A stretch of DNA of 64,000 nt from Squalus acanthias (Eukaryota): assembly GCA_030390025.1 (NCBI GenBank), contig CM059427.1, positions 65,968,001 to 66,032,000 on the forward strand, in the 5' to 3' direction. A program made the position numbers and the translations under genes. A model generated the notes under the pieces. The model saw nothing but the letters and a program-made list of their open reading frames with translations. It searched no databases and had not been told where the DNA came from. Shown here piece after piece: positions 51,405 through 61,889 of this stretch (positions within the stretch are counted from its first letter, which is position 1; every line of letters begins with the position of its first letter).

Positions 51405-51659
51405 CCTAGACAAGAAAGCACTTTTGCCTCGCAGCTTCTTACCAGAGCTACGACAATGGCCCAGACCCAGCGGATCCCTAACAATGTGACCACCATACTG
51501 ACAATTGCAAGTTATCCTAAGGCCTCATTGTGGAAGTCCCATTAGCGAAATGACAGACGCCACAACTGCAGCTGTAGCCATCAGTTTTTATTTACACTTT
51601 ACACCTGATGGCTTTTTCACATTAAACATCAAAATTCACCCAAGTGACTACCCTTGTGA

Positions 51660-53580
51660 CTATTTGTGCAGTTTCTTTCTCTTACACGTGCTCCTACGTG
51701 GTGCTTCCCCTGTGGCTTCAGCAGAAGTGGAGGCCCCCTGCTCAGTTTGTTGCTGCTCCTGTCTCGACTCCTTTGGCGGGCGTCCTCTGGGGTTGCGAAC
51801 CTGCGAGGGCTCGGCAACAGTCTGCTGCTCCTGCGGCTGGGCAGGGGTTGAGACGCCGATCTCACTTGGGTGCGGACTCTGGTGGGGCTCTGAACGAGGA
51901 CCTGTCAGTGGCATGGAAGTGTGAGCGCTTGGAGAGGAGCCCCCACCTCCTTGTTGTGTGCCACCAACATCCCTCTCATGGGTCAGGTCCACCTCAGCGC
52001 TTGCAAGTGGCTTGAGAGCACCTTGCTGGCCATGGGGACCCGTATCTGCACTGGAAGTCCTACTCCGAAGGACTTCCATGAAGGTCTGGTTTCTCTGTTC
52101 AATAGATGACCATCGCTCCTCAAGAGATGCCAGTCTATTCTGAACAATGACCATGTTTTCTGCACTCTGGCGACTTATCTCCTCCATAGCCGTAGTCATC
52201 CTTTCCACGGAGGTTGCCATCCTTTCCGTGGTGATGTGTTCATGCGCCAATGACTCCACAAAGGCTCTGCTGATGTTCGCTATGGACTCCTCCATTCGCT
52301 CCACACTCGCAGCGACCCTGGAGACAAAACCTGTCAGAGACTCCTGCATCTGTTCCTGGAGTCCCAGCACCGCTGATCTTATGGATGGACCCAGAGGCAG
52401 AGGGTCGACATGCAGCTGAGCCGAGCTAGGACAGTCCTGCGCCCTCCGACTAGGACTCTCCATTGCTGTCCCTGTCTCCACCATCTGCTGATGCTCACTT
52501 GTGAGCTGTGATACACCAGGTGACAACACTACTCTATGTCCCGAGGGTCCCACCGAGGTGTGAGTGTCTGCGCTGGTGCTGGGTGCGCTGAGTTCTGCTG
52601 ACGCTGCGCCCTCAGAGGTTGCAGCTTCCTCTGAGGAGTCTGTCTGCTCAGGCTCTTCCTCCTGGCTAGTGGGGACGGGTGCTTGCGATGGTCCTGTGGG
52701 GGAGTAAAGGAAAGAGTCAGAGATGTGATGCTAAGGTTACATGCACATTGCATATTGCAGTTGATCATAAATCCATCTGTTAGAGCTTCAGATTCATTAT
52801 CAGCGACTCATGCAATGTCAGTGAGAGAGATGGAACACTATTCAGTCACCAGCTTGCTCTGATGCACCCATCTGTCCGTCCCCCACTTGCGTATCCTCCT
52901 CTACGCCCACGATCTCCAGGACCGCATCCTCCCAGGGGGTGAGCTGGGCTAATGAGGGTAGCCCTCGTCCTGTCCTGGCTCTTTCCCTTTTATTGTGAGC
53001 TCTCTTTTCCTGCAATGAGGGAGACAAGTGGAGTTTGAGTGAGATTGAAGGAGTGAGTGTAGAGAATCCATAGCATAGATGCTTAGAAGGAGACAAAGAT
53101 GGATTGAGGTGGCGAGACTAAGGGCCCTCCCTGTGTGTTGTAAGTTGTTTTCAAAGCATGACTGTGATAGGTAGTGTGAGGGCTGCATAGTCGAATAGTA
53201 AGGGGAATGTGACCATAGAGGGAGAGGGAATGGGTAAGGGTGCATGGATGTCAGTGTCAAGTGGGATATGGAGGAAGAGGTTGCTAAAGCTGAGTGCTGG
53301 TGAGGAGAGGCAATGGGGATCAGATTGAGGGTGAAGGGAAAGTCATACTCACTTTAGCAGTACGTAGAAGGTCATGAAACCTCTTCCTGCACTGGATCCA
53401 GGTTCTGCAGGTGAATGATAAGGAGGTGACCTCCTGGGCGATCTGGACCCACACAGCCTTGGTCTGCTGGGGAAGCTTCTTCCTCCCTGAGGAGGGGAAG
53501 AGCACCTCCCTGTTGGCTCTTGCTCCATCCACCAAAGCCTGCAGGACAACATCATGGAACCTGGGCCGTTGGCTGGCCAT
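51660..53580 (-). CDS. Intact Harbinger Myb/SANT-like protein, 3 exons (53580-53353, 53009-52850, 52693-51660), 473 aa
   Basis: 228+160+1034 nt = 1422 nt in frame with GT-AG sites. Myb-like WVQIA...TWIQCRKRFHDL, coiled coil, AT-hook PRGRPPK, basic C-terminus. Confidence 0.8.
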
Positions 53581-53919
53581 TCCTGCTGCAGGTGCCTTTA
53601 GAATAGAGGTCCAAAAGCTTGGCAGCCTGCAGAGGAAGCAAGGCTTGTTGCAGACCTTAAATGCAGCAGCAATGATGACATCATCGGAGGCGACTTTCAG
53701 ACTGGAATAACTCATTGGCCATGGGTTCCCACATGTTGGAACTCAATTGGCCAATTAAGTTAAAATCACATCATTCATCCACATAAATCTGGAGTCTGGT
53801 GGGCAACACAAAATGCGGGTAACACGACCCCAACCCGCCCCAGTATCAAAATCCAGGCCCATGTACCTGAAATGTTAATCATCCAAAATAAATTCAGTTA
53901 AAGATAGGTGTCAGAATGC

Positions 53920-54280
53920 TTCTCTGATGACTAAGTTAATTAAGAAAGTGAGCAGCAGATCAAAGTTCTGAATTCTGGTCTGCTAAGTTAGCTGATCTCT
54001 GGAGGGAAAGGCATGGGGATCGCTACAATTGTGCTCCACATTCTTAGATTAGGGAGGGAAAATCAGCTGGAGCCCAGTGCTGATCAACAAGAAACCCTGT
54101 CAAGTGAAGGGTGGATTAGGCTTGACTGTTGTGCCCTCAGAGTTGAGTAGCTCACAGAAACTTCTTGCCAACACATGAAGAATGGCAACCTGGGCAAGGT
54201 TTTGGAGACTGACTGGACCCTATAGGAGTCATACCCTGTTAAGGAATTCAGGAAAGAAGGAGATGGAAATAAAATTGGGG
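53920..54280 (+). repeat. AmnSINE2-like SINE
   Basis: AGTTAGCTGATCTC...GCTACAATTG...TTAGGGAGGGAAAATCAGC...CACATGAAGAATGGCAACCTGGGCAAGG. Confidence 0.65.
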
Positions 54281-54957
54281 CGCAGAAGGGGAATTGGGTC
54301 AAACTGATTTTTATATTGAGAAGGGAGGCCATAGATTCAGAAGATTAAAAATTTACAAATACAGTAATATGGCATCATTTTTTTTCCGTCTGCATAATAT
54401 ATTCTCGCTGGGCCAAATTTAAGTATTGTTGTAGTATTCTTAATCTGTGTTTTAAAAAAACTGATGGCCTGTTAATGCTGACTCCAGCTGGCATAAGCCA
54501 GATTCAGTATTAAATGTGCTGCATGTCAGTGAAGATGTGGTGAGTTACATGCTGTGGTTTTTTTTTTAAAGAATGTCTTGTACACATTTACTATTTTAAA
54601 ATAAGTTTGTTTTTGATACTGCTGCCTCCTGTTCCTAAAGGGAGATGGGATGGTGGTCAACAGCATTCAAATTAGCAAGTGGATGAGCCCTACATTGAGG
54701 CAGGTGCCATTTTGAAGCCAGGGCTTTCAAGTAACTTCACTGGAGTCTGATTTGGGGACAACTTTGATCTTTGCCACTGTAAATCAAGCAGATCATAATT
54801 ATTTACATGATTAACCTTTTAGTAGAAGAGAGGAAACCATTTTGATTGGGGGAAGGGAGGGTCAGCCAAAATTAATAATAAATATATGTAGCCCAAACTA
54901 CCACCTGAGGAGTAATTATAATGCTTGGATCTAATCTTAGAAAATATTCTTTTTCAG

Positions 54958-55028
54958 AATACCCACTTCCATAGATTAATACCCGTTATCTCGAGCAACT
55001 GTGCATCAAAGTCTGTGGCAGTTCGGAG
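54958..55028 (+). CDS. CLASP1: CLASP1 exon (NTHFHRLIPVISSNCASKSVAVRR)
   Basis: CAG acceptor, GTAGGT donor, phase 0-2. Confidence 0.93.
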
Positions 55029-57147
55029 GTAGGTTCAAATCTGTTTGTCACATTGGTATATTACTTCATTCATGTGGTATTGATGGGATGGAAAATTCAA
55101 CATCGTTTCGCCCATTTTTTGGGGGGCGAAATGTGAAGGATAGGGAATTAAATTTGGGTTGCGATCTCGTGCTCCAATCTCCTCGGAGGTGCACCAGTTG
55201 CCAAATTTGAAGCCGGCGACTTCTAGGTGTGCAGGGCGACTGCCTGATTTAGACATTGGGTGCCTTACAGATGCAAATCGGCATCCTTCGCTGGCTGTTG
55301 GACCTCTATTGAAATTTGTCTACAAATGGGCGGAGCTTGCTCCATCCAGTTGTTTCGGGTCTTGAGCAGCCTTAGCAGCGGACTGTGAAGGGACTGCTGA
55401 ATAAAATTGCCACATGTCTGGCGCCTCTTGACTCAACAAAAATACTACAGGCCGTTACTGGCCCAGTCTCAACCCCCTTTCCTTTACCTCCCCCTCCCTA
55501 TCAACCTACCTGTGGGCCAGCTCGGCATCGGAGGCAGCTAGAATTGGTCAGTCTCTGATCGGTGAGCTCCATTGGGGCTCCCTGTTGGTGCCTGCAGCTT
55601 GCTTGTTTAATGCAAATGAGATCCGAGCCCAATCTCAATCTGGCCTCAGGCTGCCGGGGACTGGCATGCAAAGAAATTGCTTAGCTGACTTGCCGCCAGT
55701 TTTGGCACAAGTCCAATTTTTCAGCCCGTGTTATGTGATCATTCACTAGTTAAGTTTGATGAACAATTCCAGATTAAAAATATATATTAGCTGTGCTTCT
55801 AAGGCTGAAAATACAGCAAGTAACTGTTCCAAGCAGAAAGTAGTTGCTTGGATAAGAAAAGGCCGAGCCTAACATTGGCTGGCTGAGTAAGGATCAGCAG
55901 CCTTCCTGGATACCAGTTTCGTTTCAGAATTGGCTGGAGCTTGAATTTCCAGCAGACTGCTTTCTGACTCTGGATTTGGATTTTTTTTTGTTGCTTTTTT
56001 TGAGGTGAAGGAAATTGGTCAATTCTTTCTTGTTTTCAATAGAGTTGATGTAAGTACTTTAGATTGAAAGTGCTTTCCTTTTGACTATTCTCTATTAAAC
56101 CTCCTTAAAATTTAGCAAAACTCAAATCTTCTGGTAATAGCTAAAATAAAAAAATGTGTAAATTCTTCCAATTTTACTATTTTTATTTCTGTTCAAACCT
56201 GCATTGACATTGATTTTTTTTTCTTTTTCCCTTTGTATAATTTATTTCATCCTGTGATTAGATTCAGATGCATAACCACTATGATTTGTAGTTAATGTTG
56301 ACTAGTTATCATTATTGATCTTTAAGGCTTTGTCCAAATTTGTTAATTCTTTGTAATTATTCAGGCATATATAATGGCTGTGTATTTGCCAGGGAAATAT
56401 CATCCATTGTACAAAAAGAAATTGTAAGCATGTAATGCTAAATGCATCAATCTAGTCCTGTAGTTAATGAGGGAAAATGGTAACATTTACATTTTGTTGA
56501 ATTATATTAACATGGTATTGCCATGGGATTCTTAACAGTGGGAAACATTTCCTATGTCATTATGTTTGTTTTCTCTTGTAACAGCGAATACAGAACTATA
56601 AATTTTGCCATTTCTGCACTAGTATTATTTCATCTGTTCTTAAAATATGAAAAATATTTTCTCCCAATGTATTTCCAGATTCTGACCTTTATACTTGACT
56701 ATCTGAAGCATTAAAATAAAGACTTGGATCTAATCTTTTTGATCAGAGCTGGATTTTGTTTCATAAACAAAAGGGTTCACATCAGTTCACATTATTGTAA
56801 CACTAGCTGTTTGATTCAGGAGGTCAGCGCAGGGAAGACCTATACTGCAGGGCTTAAAAATAGAGTTGACTTTATTGTATAACTGTCAGGTCATACACAT
56901 AATAATTTCACCCTTAGGACATGCCAGCAACTGTTCTGCCACTTGCCCTCTAGACTGGCAACACCAGACTTTTTTTTTAAAAACCTAAAGAAATTTTCAG
57001 AATTTAGTTACAGGTGCAAACATGGCCATGTCACACGAACTATTATGAACATATGTATAATGACAGACAGAAAAAGACCCATCGTTCCATCCACCCTGTC
57101 CCTCACAGTTGCGGCATCCTGTGCTTCACAATACATATACTTGCCAC

Positions 57148-57236
57148 TAATGTTCCCTTTAATTATTTTTTTTGGGTGCACGGTTTTTCCGATTGTAAAT
57201 TCGGCAAGCGGGCCGCGCAGCTTAAAGGGAACATTG
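57148..57236. mobile_element. 89-bp hAT MITE
   Basis: TIR TAATGTTCCCTTTAA / TTAAAGGGAACATTG. 8-bp TSD CTTGCCAC / CTTTCCAC (7/8). Inserted in an older CR1 3' UTR. Confidence 0.8.
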
Positions 57237-57956
57237 CTTTCCACCTCGCCCGAAAGCCATGCATAGGAGAGGCGAAAAAACAGATTAAAAACCCAGGCCA
57301 ATCCGGGGGGTGGGGGGGGGGGGGCGGTGGGAAGAAATCTGGATTATTTCTCCCTGCACACAACCCCCCCCCCTGCCAAACACCATTATCGAAGATACTT
57401 CAAACTGGGAATCAATTTTATGGCTCTCCTCTCTACCCTTTCCAAACTATCACCCAGCATGTGAGGAGACCAAAGGGACATGATACTCTAACTGAGGCCT
57501 CACCAAGGTCTTGTACAGCAACAAAATTATTCTTCTTCTTGGGAAGTCCATACTTGTTTACTAGAACTTTCAGAACACGACATAAGTAATTAACTTATGT
57601 TTTCCCCCAATGCAACTAAACAGTGCTTCCACCTGTCAATATAACGCTATGACTTGATCTAGTTAGTTTGCATTTAATAATGCTTAGTTGATATATTCAT
57701 GAAACAAATTTGAAGTTGTAAATGCTCTTGCATTTGCTGCAAGTATGAAATTTGAATGTAGCATTCCTATTCCATAAACAAGCTGCTTCAGGCATAATCT
57801 GTTGACAAATTGTGCAACTAAATAATGGATAGAAGATGGATGTGTATAATTAAACTGTAGATATTTGAAATGTTGACTCTCTTCTATTAACGTAATACCT
57901 TTTATTACAGATAAAATGGTGCTTTTATCAACAAAATTAAGCTTTTTTTTTGACAG

Positions 57957-58016
57957 GCGTTCATTTGAATTTCTCGATCGGCTGCTACTGGAATGGCAAA
58001 CACACTCACTAGAAAA
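57957..58016 (+). CDS. CLASP1: CLASP1 exon (RSFEFLDRLLLEWQTHSLEK)
   Basis: CAG acceptor, GTAAGT donor, phase 2-2. Confidence 0.93.
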
Positions 58017-58558
58017 GTAAGTAAACAACCAAGGAACCTTCCCAGTGAATAGGCTGTAGATTTATTTTTTGGTTGCAAATAAGCATAGTTTAAAATGGAA
58101 ACTTAAGTGTCAACCTTTTGAACAGCATCATACAGCAAAACAAATGATAACTGAACTGAGTAAATGGGGGGAGACATTGCGGATGAATACAATTGTAAAT
58201 ACTTGAATTTAATAGTCAGACAAATAGGTTATTGAAAAAATATGTTCTTTAGAATAATGAGGAACTTGGGGATTTAAATATTTAAATAACACGACTGGCA
58301 AGAGCATTGAATGTGGTAGCTGTGCTGTTTCCATAGTAATGAAAGGAAGGCCTTTGAAAATGCATTCTGAGGCTTTTTTCCCCCTTTTTGTTTTCAAAAG
58401 GCCGTGTGACATAAAGCTGAAGTTGGGAGGGATTATGCTGCTTGTTGTGCTTAAATGTAATAGCGGTTATCCTGGATAATATTTCTATCTAATGTACAGA
58501 TGAGATGTTAGTTTTGAGATGAGATTCTGGTTATAGTAATGCTATCCTCTCTTGTTAG

Positions 58559-58636
58559 ACATGCAGCTCTGTTGGTAGAAACGATAAAGAAGGGTCTCCA
58601 TGACGCAGATTCAGAAGTAAGACTGGAAGCTCGAAA
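58559..58636 (+). CDS. CLASP1: CLASP1 exon (HAALLVETIKKGLHDADSEVRLEARK)
   Basis: TAG acceptor, GTAAGT donor, phase 2-2. Confidence 0.94.
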
Positions 58637-59169
58637 GTAAGTTCTTTTTCTCTACCTGACATTACTGTAATGCTTCCAAAATTCATTTTGATTTGCATGC
58701 CATTAGCCTCTTAAAATCCAAACATGCAACTAACTATTTATTAAATGATGATTTGTAACAAAATTGGTCTCTTCATTTTGTATTTTGTGCAGATTAATCA
58801 TTTCTTACTTTATGTTGTCTTTGCCTTAGTTTACAAAACATTTTTTAAATCCCTGGACATAGGGCAGGGACAGAGAGATTGACATTTTGATGCTGTAAGG
58901 CCAATTGTCAGTGCAAACAGCTCAAAAGTATCAGTTTTGGCCAAACTTTGGATCTTTACTCATTAGAAATGATAAGCATGCTGAGAATTGCATGTGTTTC
59001 CTTTGTCAGTAAGAAGTGTTTTAACTAAAACCTTTCTGTTCCTCCCTTTCCCTTTTTAAAGTTCAAAGGTAACTTTTCTCATTGTCATGCCAGTTCCTTT
59101 AACTGTTCCTTGGATGCCGTTGTATTTTGTTTAAATTGTGCTGGGTAAAATGCCTGTCAAAAATGTATT

Positions 59170-59900
59170 TGTTTTATTCTTGGGATGTGTTCAATACTGA
59201 CAAGACTGCATTTATTGCCCATCCCTAGTTTTTCTCAGAGGTGGTTGTGGGCCTTCTCCTTGAACCGCTGCAGTTCTTGTGGTGATGGTGCTTCCATATT
59301 GGCGTTATTTAGGGATTCACTGATTCTGACCCGGTGACTATGAAGGAATGGTGATATGTGGCTAAATTAGGATAGCGTATGACTCGGAGGAAAACTTGGA
59401 GGTGATGGTGTTCCCACAACATTTCTGCTCCTCTTCTTCATCATGTCAGAGATCACGGGAGGGAGGTGCTGTTGAAGTACCGTTAGTGAGTTGCTGCATT
59501 GCATCCTGTAGGCTGTGCACACAGCAGCCACAGTGCTGGGGTGAATTTGTAGCTTCTCTAATGGCTCAATTGGTTAACGAGAATGGTTCCAAGTTTGATC
59601 CTGTATGTGGTGAGTTAGCTGACCGCCACTTGGGTAGTTGGAGAACTACTACAGTTGGCTTCGGCCCATGAGTCAGGAAGGGGAAAAATCAGGTGAAGTT
59701 CTTGTTTCTGATCTCTGTCCAGCCACCCCTGCTGTAATTGGCCATGTGTGGACATTTGATGAGAAAAGGAACAGTATTTGCTCTGTTCGCTCCTGTGATT
59801 GATAAGCTAGTACTCAATGTCCAAGCTTTAACGAGTGAGGTAGAGGCAAGGAAATGTTTTCTTAGCAAGAAACCAGTGAAATAGATACCATTAAGGTCCT
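59170..59900. repeat. Decayed LINE 3' fragment (minus, 59170-59540) followed by AmnSINE2-like SINE (plus, 59545-59900)
   Basis: GCATTTATTGCCCATCCCTAG tail, then GGTGAGTTAGCTGACC...GGGGAAAAATCAG. Confidence 0.55.
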
Positions 59901-61107
59901 GTGTATACAATTCTTGGTCTTTTTAAAAAAAAAATAATTGGGGAAAAATAAACAGATTTCCCAATAAGGGAGGCAGCTTTATTTTAATATTCAAACAGGA
60001 AACTCTGACGTGAGAAGGATGATGCCTTTAATTGAAAGTGATTGTATTCATTACTGCCATGTACAGCTCTAAGTTGCTGCTAAGGTTACATGTATGTGTG
60101 CTCTCAGCTTATTTAAAATGCATTAATATTAATTTTCTGTTCCCTGATATCCAGAGAGTAAATTTACATCTATGCGGATGTAAATTGATGGCTGCACCAA
60201 ACTTTAGCTACATTTTTGAACTTGTGACTGGGGGAGGGGTGTGTGTAGGAGGAGGGATGAAGCCTTGTTTTTTGGATCAGCAGTTGAACCTTTGAAATGC
60301 GACATCAGGATAAAGTGTTTTCATTTCCTTTTGCTATCCTAATCTGATGAGTGAGTTTGCCTAATGCATAATAGTGATCTGTTACATGAAGTTGGAGAGG
60401 TTGTGTGTGGGGTGGGGGCGGGGGGGAAAGAGAATTTTTGTTGTTTTAAGTTGCATCTTAATGTTTTGCACATTTTTAGTTGAGCATCATTTGTGTTGCA
60501 TTGCAGTCTGAAAAGCAGTAAATGTCATTCAGCAGTTTGATTGGAATTTAAAACTGTCTATTGAAACTTATTCTGAATTGATTTATACATTTCCCATGGT
60601 TTTGCTCACTATTTAAAAATGTATTTCTCCTCTTCTTAGCAGTCTTTTGGTGGCATACACCATTACCCAGCCAAGAGAGCAGGCAGGTGGCAATCTCCCT
60701 ACCTCTGGCAATGTGATGGTTGTTGGCTGTGGGGAGTGTGCAGGAGTGTTCTAGATGACTCATCTGCTAAAAATTCCCTCCTTTCCTTTGTTGAAGAGCC
60801 TAGATTTGGTGTAGTGAATTGCTTGTGGCAGCACCGGCAACTTGAACGCTCATTATTTGGTGAATAACGGGTGTGGTTATGCGTCTTGCCAAGGGGAAGC
60901 TCATGTCAAAAAGCCAGGATACTCCATAGTGAGAAAAGTTGTTTGTAAACCAACCTTCTCTTTGGCTCCTATTTGTTGGTCAACAAATTTCTTGCTGTAT
61001 GATCATTTGCTGGTTTGATGTTTCATTCAGGATGTAATTAGTACTAAGCTATGTAGCCAAACTACAGTATGTGCTGATTCAGTATTCATTTGTCTTTCAC
61101 TTTTTAG

Positions 61108-61275
61108 AGTGTATTGGAATTTTCACAGTCACTTTAGTAGAGAAGCCGAAGTCTTGTTTAACTCATTGGAACCATCCTACCAGAAACCCCTACAGTCCCA
61201 TTTAAAAAATTCAGACAGCATTGTTTCGTTGCCACAGTCTGATCGCTCATCATCCAGTTCACAAGAAAGCCTAAA
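61108..61275 (+). CDS. CLASP1: CLASP1 exon (VYWNFHSHFSREAEVLFNSLEPSYQKPLQSHLKNSDSIVSLPQSDRSSSSSQESLN)
   Basis: TAG acceptor, GTAAGA donor, phase 2-2. HSHFSREAE and SHLKNSDSIVSLPQ are CLASP1-diagnostic. Confidence 0.95.
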
Positions 61276-61619
61276 GTAAGAACTATGGTATACTATTCTA
61301 AGCTTAAAAACTGTGTAATATAATAGCCATTCCTGCAATTTATTTACTTTCAACTGTTGGTTATTGGGTACCATTATAAATTGTACTGACTGGTTTTGAT
61401 TTAAAAGTATAATTACTATATTATTTACATCATCATCATATACAAGTAATATAATACGTTGTCAACTCGGATTGTGCGCCTCACCTGGAGTGGAATTTTA
61501 ACTCTGCACCTTCTGAGTCAGGACAAGAGCTATATATTTTATAACGTATGTATAAAATGTATGTTGTCTGCAGACTTGATGAACAGAATTTGATCATATG
61601 TATCTGGCTCTTATTTTAG

Positions 61620-61669
61620 CCGCCCCCTGTCTACAAAGCGAAGTCCTACTGGAAGCACTGTACCGCGAG
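61620..61669 (+). CDS. CLASP1: CLASP1 exon (RPLSTKRSPTGSTVPR)
   Basis: TAG acceptor, GTAAGA donor, phase 2-1. Matches human RPLSAKRSPTGSTTSR. Confidence 0.92.
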
Positions 61670-61791
61670 GTAAGAGGTTACCTTTGTTTTGGTTTTGTTA
61701 TCAACCAACGTAAAATGAACTGGCACAGTAGCTCAAGCAGCTGAGCTGTTCATTCTAAACCTCAAGTTGTTTTCCTCCGCGTGCCTCCCTT

Positions 61792-61884
61792 CCTCCCCCT
61801 CCCCCTCCCCCTCCCCCTCCCCCTCCCCCTCCCCCTCCCCCTCCCCCTCCCCCTCCCCCTCCCCCTCCCCCTCCCCCTCCCCTC
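61792..61884. repeat. (CCCCCT)n microsatellite, ~15 units
   Basis: Directly visible pure repeat. Confidence 0.95.
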
Positions 61885-61889
61885 AACAC

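Larger units (their letters stand above)
49674..53859. mobile_element. Full-length PIF/Harbinger DNA transposon (copy 2), inverted relative to copy 1
   Basis: TIRs GGGCTGGATTTT (49674-49685) / AAAATCCAGGCC (53848-53859), 11/12 match. 3-bp TSD CAT (49671-49673, 53860-53862). Confidence 0.9.

Noticed and set aside
55140-55730. Possible old Harbinger-type MITE
   Set aside because: GC-rich with a TIR-like right end (AATTTTTCAGCCC), but the left TIR and TSD could not be established.
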